From Chloroflexota bacterium (GTDB lineage Bacteria > Chloroflexota > Dormibacteria > Aeolococcales > Aeolococcaceae), in the NCBI GenBank assembly GCA_005880985.1, contig VBIQ01000009.1, positions 29,025 to 93,024 of the forward strand: a DNA stretch of 64,000 nt. Direction: 5' to 3'. The notes under the pieces were generated by a model. It did no database searches. It worked only from the letters and a program-made list of their open reading frames with translations, and was not told the DNA's origin. A program made the position numbers and the translations under genes. This document shows positions 56,897 to 64,000 of this stretch, piece after piece (the first letter of the stretch is position 1; each line of letters starts with the position of its first letter).

Positions 56897-57457
56897 ATGA
56901 GAAAGATCATCCTGATGATGTCGGTGTCTCTTGACGGCTTCTTCGAGGGACCGAACCGTGAGCTCGATTGGCACATGGTCGACGACGAGCTGCACCGCCA
57001 CTTCAACGAGGAGCTCTGCGCGATGGGCGCGTTCCTGAACGGACGCGTCACCTACGAGCTGATGGCCGGATTCTGGCCGACGGCCGACTCGGACCCCTCG
57101 AGCACCGAGCCCATGGTCGAGTTCGCCCGCATCTGGCGCGACATGCCAAAGATCGTGTACTCCCGGACCCTGGAGCGGGCCGACTGGAACACCACCGTGG
57201 TCCGAGAGCTGGTCGTCGAGGAGGTCATCGAGCTCAAGGCACAGCCCGGGGGAGACCTGGTGCTCGGCGGGGCCGACCTCGCCGCATCCTTCACGCGACA
57301 CGACCTGATCGACGAGTACCGGCTCTACCTCCACCCGGTCGTCATCGGGCAGGGCAGGCCTCTGTTCCAGCGATCAGACGCGAAAATCGACCTCCGGCTC
57401 GCCGAGACCCGGAGCTTTGGCAACGGGGTGGTTCTGCTCCGCTACCAGCGCCCGTGA
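56897..57457 (+). CDS. Dihydrofolate-reductase-like (RibD C-terminal domain) family protein
   Basis: 'MRKIILMMSVSLDGFFEGPN', 'GGADLAASF..HDLIDEYRLYLHPVVIGQGRPLF'. Confidence 0.8.
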   Translation: MRKIILMMSVSLDGFFEGPNRELDWHMVDDELHRHFNEELCAMGAFLNGRVTYELMAGFWPTADSDPSSTEPMVEFARIWRDMPKIVYSRTLERADWNTTVVRELVVEEVIELKAQPGGDLVLGGADLAASFTRHDLIDEYRLYLHPVVIGQGRPLFQRSDAKIDLRLAETRSFGNGVVLLRYQRP

Positions 57458-58999
57458 TCAGGCGGCCACCGCCTCCCGGTCCCTGGCGCCGGCGTTCACC
57501 AGGTAGCTCTGGGGATCGAACCGGCGGGTGAGCTGACGGAACCGCCAGGTGAAGTTCGGCCACAGCGTGGTGTTGCGACCGGCGGCGTCCAGATACCAGC
57601 TGACGCACCCGCCGGTGACCCAGACGGTGCGTTGCATCCGTGCATGGACGTCGTCGCAGTACCGCGCCTGCACCTCCGGCTTCACCTCGACCGTTGCGAC
57701 CCTGCTCCGCCTCATATAGCGCAGGCAGTCCATGACGTAGGCGATCTGGCACTCGATCATGAAGACGAGCGAGGTGTGGGCCAGCCCGGTATTGGGCCCC
57801 ACCAGCATGAAAAGATTGGGAAAGCCGGCGATAGTGGTGCCACGGTAGGCGCCCATCCCATCGCGCCACGCGTCGGCGAGCAGCACCCCTCCGCGGCCCC
57901 GGAGGCGCTTCGCCGCCGGCATGTCGGTCACGTGGAAGCCGGTGCCGAAGATGATGGTGTCGATCTCGTGCTCGACGCTATCGGCGGTGACGATGGAGTG
58001 CTCCCGCACCTCTTGGATGCGATCGGTGATCACCTCGACGTTGGGTTGGGCGAGCGCGGGGTAGTAGTCGTTGGAGAGCAGGATGCGCTTGCACCCGATG
58101 GTGTAGTCGGGGGTGAGCTTTTTGCGGAGCGTGCGATCGGGCACCTGACGTCGAAGATGGCGTCGTGCCATGCGCTCGGGACCGCGCTGCAGCCGGGTGT
58201 CGATGCCGAAACCGACGAACATCGCCTCGCGTCCCCAGTAGATCCCCAGTCGCGCCAGGCGTTGCACCGCCGGCGCCACGCGGTACAGCCGCTGCTCGAA
58301 CGCTCTCAACCGCCGGTCCCGGCGAGGTACGACCCACGGTGGCGTCCGCTGGAAGAGCAGCAGACGGCCGACCCGCGGTTGGATCTCGGGGACGAACTGG
58401 ATCGCCGACGCCCCGGTGCCGATCACGGCGACGCGCTCGCCGGCGAGGTCGTGGTCATGGTTCCAGCTCGCCGAGTGGAACACCGTGCCCCGGAAGGTCT
58501 CGATCCCGGGGATGGACGGGACCGACGGCTCACTCAACGCGCCCACTCCCGTCACCAGCACTCGCGCTGTGAAATGTCCGCCGGTGGTCTCGATCCGCCA
58601 TCGATCGAGCTCGTCGTCCCAGGCGGCGGAGACCAACTCGTGGCCGAAGCGGATGTGCGGCATGACGCCGTGCCGCCGGGCGCAGGTGCGCAGGTACTCC
58701 CAGATCTCGCCCTGCCGCGAGAAGCTGTGGCTCCACCGTGGGTTGGGCTCGAAGGAGAAGGAATAGAGGTGTGAAGGAACGTCGCAGGTGCAGCCCGGAT
58801 AGGTGTTGTCGCGCCAGGTCCCGCCCACGTCGTGCGCGCGCTCGAGGACGACGAAGTCGTCGAACCCCTGCTGCTTGAGCCGGATGGCGGCGCCAATGCC
58901 AGAGAAGCCTGTGCCCACCACCACCACGTCGGGGTGCCGCACGGGCGCAGCACCGGCCTCCGACCTGCTGCGCGGTGGAGCAGGGCTGCTGACGGTCAC
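57458..58999 (-). CDS. Type I Baeyer-Villiger / flavin-containing monooxygenase (EthA-like)
   Basis: GTG start overlapping the upstream stop (GTGA). 'VVVGTGFSGIGAA', BVMO fingerprint 'FRGTVFHSASW', second 'VIGTGASA'. Confidence 0.88.
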   Translation of the reverse strand: MTVSSPAPPRSRSEAGAAPVRHPDVVVVGTGFSGIGAAIRLKQQGFDDFVVLERAHDVGGTWRDNTYPGCTCDVPSHLYSFSFEPNPRWSHSFSRQGEIWEYLRTCARRHGVMPHIRFGHELVSAAWDDELDRWRIETTGGHFTARVLVTGVGALSEPSVPSIPGIETFRGTVFHSASWNHDHDLAGERVAVIGTGASAIQFVPEIQPRVGRLLLFQRTPPWVVPRRDRRLRAFEQRLYRVAPAVQRLARLGIYWGREAMFVGFGIDTRLQRGPERMARRHLRRQVPDRTLRKKLTPDYTIGCKRILLSNDYYPALAQPNVEVITDRIQEVREHSIVTADSVEHEIDTIIFGTGFHVTDMPAAKRLRGRGGVLLADAWRDGMGAYRGTTIAGFPNLFMLVGPNTGLAHTSLVFMIECQIAYVMDCLRYMRRSRVATVEVKPEVQARYCDDVHARMQRTVWVTGGCVSWYLDAAGRNTTLWPNFTWRFRQLTRRFDPQSYLVNAGARDREAVAA

Positions 59000-59916
59000 G
59001 CCGTCGAAACCGGCGACCGCGTGGCAGCGGTACCGATCAGTTGTTGCGACTCTCCGGGGGCGAAGCCGACGGAGTCGAGCAGGCGCTTGCTCTCGTTCCA
59101 CAGCCGCTCGACGGCAGCGTCGTTGCGAGCAGCCCGACTCATGTGGCCCGGACGGCAGCGAACCCAGTAGCCGCCGGTCTTACCGTCGACCGAGGGATCG
59201 GAGGCGAGGAAGATCGAGGTCTTGGCACCCGCCTTGGCGCTGATCTCGAAGGGCCGGATGAACCGGTTTCCGATCCCGATGATCCCCTTCATGTCGCCGT
59301 CCATGCCGAAGCCGCTGCGCACCGCCCCGGGATGGATGGCGTTGACGGTCACCTGCCGTGGATCGAGGCGACGGGCCAGCCCGCGGGTGAAGAGGATGGC
59401 GGCCAGCTTTGACCGGGCGTAGACGGTGAAGCCCTCGTAGAACCCCTCCGACTGGAGGTCATTCCACCGCATTCCTCCCACCGCGGCGTGATGGCCGAAC
59501 GACGACAGGTTGATCACCCGCGCCGGCGCCGAGGCAACCAGCCGATCGAGCAGTAGGCTGGTCAGATAGAAGTGGCCCAGGTGGTTGACCCCGAAGGTCT
59601 GCTCGAAGCCCTGCCTGGTCGTGCTCCGCTCGGTCCACATGCCGCCGGCGTTGTTCACCAGGACGTCGAGACGTCCCCACGACTGCTCGATGGTCGCCGC
59701 GCAGCGGCGCACCGATTCCAGGTCGGCGAGGTCGAGCGGGACGACGTGGACGTCGTCGTTCCCCGACCGGCTCTGCACCTCCGCCGCTGCGGCGGATGCC
59801 TTCTCCTGGTTGCGGCAGGCGAGCACGGTGGTGGCACCCAGCGTGGCGAGACCCACCGCGGTCTCCTTGCCGATCCCCACATTGGCCCCGGTGATGACGA
59901 CGACCTTCCCGTTCAC
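58996..59916 (-). CDS. SDR family oxidoreductase
   Basis: 'VVVITGANVGIGKETA', 'NNAG', 'YARSKLAAILF'. Confidence 0.88.
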   Translation of the reverse strand: MNGKVVVITGANVGIGKETAVGLATLGATTVLACRNQEKASAAAAEVQSRSGNDDVHVVPLDLADLESVRRCAATIEQSWGRLDVLVNNAGGMWTERSTTRQGFEQTFGVNHLGHFYLTSLLLDRLVASAPARVINLSSFGHHAAVGGMRWNDLQSEGFYEGFTVYARSKLAAILFTRGLARRLDPRQVTVNAIHPGAVRSGFGMDGDMKGIIGIGNRFIRPFEISAKAGAKTSIFLASDPSVDGKTGGYWVRCRPGHMSRAARNDAAVERLWNESKRLLDSVGFAPGESQQLIGTAATRSPVSTA

Positions 59917-59959
59917 GTGACCTCCCTTCCTTCAACGGCGAACAGCATGGAAGCTGGCG

Positions 59960-60883
59960 TCAAACCGCATTGCCGTCGCGGTCGACACCGGCGACCCGCC
60001 GCCACGCCAGCGGCACCCGCCCGGGCTTGAACACGCCGGCGTCGGCGAGCCCCTTGAACACGGCGCGGGCACACTGCCGGCGCAGGGCGACACGCTTGGG
60101 TTGCCGGCGCACCCGACGCCAGGTGCGCAGCGCGGGCAGGCCGACGGTGGGATACACGTACGGCTGGACGATGGTGTCGAACATGAAGACGATCCCCAGC
60201 GGCACCACCCAGCGGACTCCGAACCTGTCGCTCCAGCTCGTGTGCCGGTAGTGCTCGCCGACGGTGGTGCGGGCGAAGGCGATGTGGCGGGCCTCCTCGA
60301 GGCGGTGGTAGCGGCTGATGTCGCGCACGTAGCCGTCGGTGTCGGGATGCTCCGCGGCGAGCTTCTGCAGCAGGTCGGGGATCTCCTCGCCCACGAGCAC
60401 GAAGGCGTCGAGGGTGGCGGGGCGCCGGAGGAGGATGGGGAGGGACCGCGAGCGGACAGCGGTGGCCAGACGGCTCTCGAACGGGTTGCGCTGCGTGGCC
60501 GCGAGTTCGGCGAGGAGTCGCACGAAGAGCCGCGAATGGCGGGTCTCCTCGCCGATCTCGTGCAGGGCGTAGGTGAAGCGTGGGTCGGTGACGTCTCGGC
60601 TGAGCGCCATCTGGTAGGCGAAGCCGGACATCAGGATGGCCTCGAAGACGACCCCGAAGCGCACGATGGAGGCCAGCTCCTCGCGAGCCAGAGTGGCCCG
60701 CTGGGCAGGCGTGAGCCGCAGGCCAAGCCCATCGATGGAGAGCAGGTCGTCGGGAAGGACCTGGTCCTTGGTCAGGCTGCCGGTGACCTCGACGTCGGGC
60801 TCGATCACCCGGCGCACCGAGACACGATTGAGGCGTTCGATTCGGTCGGTGTTGCGCTCGGGGGCCGTCTGGGTGGCGGTCAT
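59960..60883 (-). CDS. Ferritin-like diiron oxygenase (AurF / PF11583-type)
   Basis: 307 aa. Two ExxH motifs 'HEIGEETRHSRLF' and 'HRLEEARHIAF', plus 'GEEIPD'. Confidence 0.7.
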   Translation of the reverse strand: MTATQTAPERNTDRIERLNRVSVRRVIEPDVEVTGSLTKDQVLPDDLLSIDGLGLRLTPAQRATLAREELASIVRFGVVFEAILMSGFAYQMALSRDVTDPRFTYALHEIGEETRHSRLFVRLLAELAATQRNPFESRLATAVRSRSLPILLRRPATLDAFVLVGEEIPDLLQKLAAEHPDTDGYVRDISRYHRLEEARHIAFARTTVGEHYRHTSWSDRFGVRWVVPLGIVFMFDTIVQPYVYPTVGLPALRTWRRVRRQPKRVALRRQCARAVFKGLADAGVFKPGRVPLAWRRVAGVDRDGNAV

Positions 60884-60932
60884 GCGCTGTCCTCCGGGGG
60901 GTCGAGGGCGGCGGCTTCCTGGCCGGGACTCT

Positions 60933-60942
60933 AGAATATTCT
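60933..60942. promoter_or_regulatory. 10-bp perfect palindrome AGAATATTCT in the divergent promoter region, candidate TetR operator
   Basis: Read directly in the 125-nt spacer between the diiron oxygenase operon and the TetR gene. An adjacent GAGGG..CCCTC inverted repeat lies at 60943-60963. Confidence 0.35.
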
Positions 60943-61008
60943 GAGGGGTTGATGCAATCCCTCATTTCACGAGGTATCCTGTCACCCGTGGCCCTACCGG
61001 CGACCTCG

Positions 61009-61611
61009 ATGACCAAGGGCGAGCGAACTCGTCAGGCCCTGCTGGAGGCTGGAGTCGAGCGCTTCGCCCGCGACGGTTATCGACGGACCTCGGTCGCCGA
61101 GATCGCCCGGGACGCCGGCCTCAGCAGCACGGCGGCGTACGTCTACTTCCCCAACAAGGAGGCGCTGTTCCTCGCCGCGGTCGATGAGGACGCCGCCGCG
61201 GTCATCGAGGAGGGCCTCTCCAGCCTCACCGACGACCTGGACCTCGACCGCTGGCAGCAGACCCTGATCTACGCCCTACTCGCCGCCATCGGCCGCCACC
61301 CGCTGGCGCGGCGGGTTCTCGCGGGCCTCGAACCCGAGTTCACCGTGCGGCTGCTCACGATTCCTGCACTCGAGCAGCTGCGCCGGGTGTCCGCTGACCG
61401 TCTCCGACGGCAGCAGCGCGCCGGTCAGGTCCGCCTCGACATCGATCCCGTGCCGATGGCCAATGGCCTGGTCACCATCATCCTGTCGCTGCTGATGTCG
61501 TTGCTGCAGACCGGCACCGATGCGGCGGCCGTGCTTGGCCCCGACGTCGCCGCGGTCATGGAGGCGGCACTCAGTCCGCTTCCGGTCGGCTCGTCTCCCC
61601 GCATCCGTTGA
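61009..61611 (+). CDS. TetR/AcrR family transcriptional regulator
   Basis: 'TRQALLEAGVERFARDGYRRTSVAEIARDAGLSSTAAYVYFPNKEALF'. Confidence 0.9.
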   Translation: MTKGERTRQALLEAGVERFARDGYRRTSVAEIARDAGLSSTAAYVYFPNKEALFLAAVDEDAAAVIEEGLSSLTDDLDLDRWQQTLIYALLAAIGRHPLARRVLAGLEPEFTVRLLTIPALEQLRRVSADRLRRQQRAGQVRLDIDPVPMANGLVTIILSLLMSLLQTGTDAAAVLGPDVAAVMEAALSPLPVGSSPRIR

Positions 61612-61710
61612 TGCGCCGCGCGCCGTTCATCCTGCACCGCACCGACCAGGCAGAGTGAGCGGCGTCCGGGCTACGCTCAACGCTGGCAGCAAGACGAGAG
61701 GAGGTGGCAT

Positions 61711-61989
61711 ATGGCGTTCATCCTGACCCGCATCCAGGTGGGTGATTACAGCGCGTGGAAGCCGATGTTTGACGAGGACCGTCCCGGCGCGAGGCAATCG
61801 GCCAGGGGGTACCGGATCTTTCGAGGCATCGAAGATCCGAACGAGGTCTTCATCCAGGTTGAGTTCGGCTCGTCCGACGAGGCCGAGGCCGCTCGCGAGC
61901 GGCTGATCACCTCGGGCGTCCTCGACCGATTTCCCGACAAGACCGGGCCCACGGTCGTCGAGGAGGTGGAGCGCGTCGGCGGCGCCTGA
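61711..61989 (+). CDS. Small hypothetical protein, possibly a ferredoxin-like (ABM/Dabb-type) fold
   Basis: 92 aa. SD gagaggaggtgg before the ATG. 'VFIQVEFGSSDEAEAA'. Confidence 0.45.
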   Translation: MAFILTRIQVGDYSAWKPMFDEDRPGARQSARGYRIFRGIEDPNEVFIQVEFGSSDEAEAARERLITSGVLDRFPDKTGPTVVEEVERVGGA

Positions 61990-62038
61990 CCGTCGGCGCC
62001 AGGTCAACCGGTGGCCATCTGCGTCGTGATCAGCCCGT

Positions 62039-62773
62039 TCATGTTCCGCCTCTTCGTCGCTGCGTCCCGATGTTCAACGTTGGTACGTCAGGTTCCGTGA
62101 GACGGAGAACGCCGCCCAGCAGGCCGCCGAGATCCGGCACCTCCGGGGCGACGTGGTAGTCTTTGCCGCCCGTCATCCCCACCTGCACCAGGCCCGCGTT
62201 GCGCAGCAGCATCAGGTGGGTGTGCACCGTCGAGTTGGCGAGGCCCGCGTAGTCGGCGAGGGCGCGGTAGACGGTCGCGGCGACGGCCTCGGGACTGTCC
62301 GGACCGGCCTCGGCGGGCCGGTCGGTCGCCGGATAGCAGAAGACCATGGTGTCGTCGTGCTCGGCGCAGCAGACCCACGGCCGGCAGATCAGCGTGGGGA
62401 CCAGCACGACGGTGCGGATCTCCGGCACCGGGGTCCAGGCGATGCCATGGGTGACTCGCGGCACCAGGCGATCCAGGGGGAGGGTCGCGGCCAGGCGGCG
62501 GGTCGCGCCGGCGTCGTGGACCAGACCGGCCAGATGGGTGATGAGGGCGCCGTGGCCCCCGGTCAGGCGGCGGACTGTGGTGCGCAGGGCGGGGGACATG
62601 CGCGCCCGCGTCTGCTCGAACCACTCGGGGCCGACCAGATAGGAGCTCTCGTCCTCGTCGCCGACGATCATGGCGAGGCCCTTGAGGGCCTCGTAGGCCG
62701 CCCCCGCCTCGACCAGGACCTCGGGCGCCGCCTCGGGCGCCGCCTCGGGCGCCGGGCGGTATCTACGAGCCAT
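62039..62773 (-). CDS. ArsR-type winged-helix transcriptional regulator with extended N-terminal domain (DUF5937-like)
   Basis: C-terminal 'VYRALADYAGLANSTVHTHLMLLRNAGLV'. Confidence 0.6.
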   Translation of the reverse strand: MARRYRPAPEAAPEAAPEVLVEAGAAYEALKGLAMIVGDEDESSYLVGPEWFEQTRARMSPALRTTVRRLTGGHGALITHLAGLVHDAGATRRLAATLPLDRLVPRVTHGIAWTPVPEIRTVVLVPTLICRPWVCCAEHDDTMVFCYPATDRPAEAGPDSPEAVAATVYRALADYAGLANSTVHTHLMLLRNAGLVQVGMTGGKDYHVAPEVPDLGGLLGGVLRLTEPDVPTLNIGTQRRRGGT

Positions 62774-62911
62774 GGACGGCAGCCTCCGGGGACCGATCCG
62801 GACCGCCTCGGGGTGCCCAGACCGTCGGCTCCGTCAGGCGCAACCGCGCTCCGTATCCATTGAGTGGCGCCTCCTGCAGGGGGCGCCACCACCACCTATG
62901 GAGAACCACTC

Positions 62912-63514
62912 ATGCCTCGTCTAACTCTGGGAGGCGGGGTGCTGGGCACCGTCGCCGCCGCCGCTCTCGCCCTCGCTGCGTGCGGTGGCACCTCGTACTC
63001 GGGCAGTGCGGGCGCGTCCGGCGCAGGCGCACAGTCCTCATCCGACACCTCGACACCCAACTTGTCGACGCCGACCGCTGCACCCGCCACACCGCCGGCT
63101 CCCGCCGCCGCAACGGTGATGACGGCGTCGAACGCCCGCCTGGGCACCATCGTGGTGGACAACGGGGGCATGACCCTCTACACCCTGACCAGCAACGGTC
63201 GCGCTGTCGCCTGCACCGGCCAGTGCCTGAACTTCTGGCCGCCGCTGACGGTTCCCAGCGGGACCACCCCGACCGGTGGTCCCGGTACGGGAACGCTGGG
63301 CACCACGACCGCGGCCAATGGCAGCCGGCAGGTCACCATCAACGGGCTTCCCGTCCACCGCTTCTCCGGAGACTCCGGTGCGGGGATGACCAACGGTCAG
63401 GGCATCCACAGCTTCGGTGGGGTCTGGCAGGTGGTCAAGGCCGGAGCGAGCGCCGGCGCCGCCGCAGGAGGCGGCAACTCGGCTCCGACCAGTAGCAGCG
63501 CGTACGGCTACTAG
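62912..63514 (+). CDS. Lipoprotein with two COG4315/Lipoprotein_15 repeats
   Basis: Lipobox 'LALAAC|GG'. 'GMTLYTLTSNG...CTGQCLNFWPPL' and 'GLPVHRFSGDSG.G..NGQG....GGVWQVV'. Confidence 0.75.
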   Translation: MPRLTLGGGVLGTVAAAALALAACGGTSYSGSAGASGAGAQSSSDTSTPNLSTPTAAPATPPAPAAATVMTASNARLGTIVVDNGGMTLYTLTSNGRAVACTGQCLNFWPPLTVPSGTTPTGGPGTGTLGTTTAANGSRQVTINGLPVHRFSGDSGAGMTNGQGIHSFGGVWQVVKAGASAGAAAGGGNSAPTSSSAYGY

Positions 63515-63577
63515 CGCGGTGTCAACTCGCTAGGATGGCGAGGACGGCGCGAGACGCGGTGACCGGGGGAACGCACC

Positions 63578-64000
63578 ATGCGACAGACGCGACTGGCCAA
63601 CGAATCGGCTGAGTACCAGGCACGGCGCGAGGAGCTGCGCCTGGCAGAGATCGACCTGATGCGGCACCGCGAACGCGTTGCCGACGTCCGTCGCCGGCTT
63701 CCCGAGGGCGCGGCCATCGAGGATTACGCCTTTCAGGAAGGACCGACCGACCTTGCCGCCGGAGATACTCCGGTGCGGTCCGCGCGTATGAGCGAGCTGT
63801 TCCGGTCACCGGAGCGGCCACTCGTCGTCTACCACTTCATGTACGGCAAGAAGCAGACCAGTCCCTGCCCGATGTGCACGCTGTGGATCGATGGGTACAA
63901 CGGCGTAGCCCATCACATCGCCCAGAACGTCGACTTCGCCATCGCCGCCGCCGCCGACCTGCCGACGCTGCGAGCGCACGCGCGCAACCGGGGATGGTCG
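63578..64000 (+). CDS. DUF899 thioredoxin-like family protein, 3'-truncated by the window edge
   Basis: 'ESAEYQARREELRLAEIDLMRHRERVADVRRRLP', 'LVVYHFMYG......CPMCTLWIDG'. No stop before nt 64000, so it is absent from the ORF track. Confidence 0.75.
   Translation, partial: MRQTRLANESAEYQARREELRLAEIDLMRHRERVADVRRRLPEGAAIEDYAFQEGPTDLAAGDTPVRSARMSELFRSPERPLVVYHFMYGKKQTSPCPMCTLWIDGYNGVAHHIAQNVDFAIAAAADLPTLRAHARNRGWS

Overview
This is a high-G+C, densely coding chromosomal window. Most of the long alternative-frame and antisense ORFs in the track are GC-driven shadows. The gene content looks like a monoderm, Actinomycetota-like lineage (inference): F420/deazaflavin-type enzymes, a TIGR03086/DinB-like protein, a DUF222 HNH gene with a GAAC-N4-GTTC SOS box, and comF-hpf-secA-prfB synteny.

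Layout:
- 0.1-7.4 kb: a cytoplasmic NarL/DegS-type histidine kinase, then a Tad/Flp pilus locus (flp, cpaB, REC-cpaE/tadZ, cpaF/tadA, tadB, tadC).
- 7.4-12 kb: a DsbA-like gene, DUF192 and comF, then an orphan second TadA-like ATPase and a GT-C/DUF2029 membrane glycosyltransferase wedged in front of hpf-secA-prfB. prfB carries the classical +1 frameshift.
- 17-21.4 kb: an acyl-CoA ligase/SDR/PhyH/SDR cluster.
- 22.4-24.5 kb: TetR plus an MFS exporter.
- 24.5-27.6 kb: a CPA2 antiporter and a secreted protein, followed by an ~90-nt remnant copy of the antiporter 3' end.
- 31.7-36 kb: ftsE-ftsX-M23 peptidase-Ctp.
- 37.1-46.5 kb: lpdA-E1alpha-E1beta-E2, a degenerate GGDEF protein, pruA and lipA-lipB.
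- 47-49 kb: rpiA and an LLM/F420 oxidoreductase.
- 49.2-50.6 kb: an SOS-box-preceded HNH/DUF222 gene next to tRNA-Val(TAC).
- 50.6-56.9 kb: a visibly lower-G+C island. It holds an 858-aa secreted beta-helix/PKD-like repeat protein, then a divergent PhyH dioxygenase | CmoA (carboxy-SAM synthase)-FkbM methyltransferase unit with no CmoB.
- 57.4-61.6 kb: a BVMO-SDR-diiron oxygenase operon with a divergent TetR.
- Right end: small regulators and lipoproteins.

No CRISPR array, rRNA, integrase or transposase was recognised. The best candidate for something undescribed is the CmoA-FkbM-PhyH module. Second is the orphan TadA2 plus GT-C pair inserted into the comF-hpf-secA synteny.
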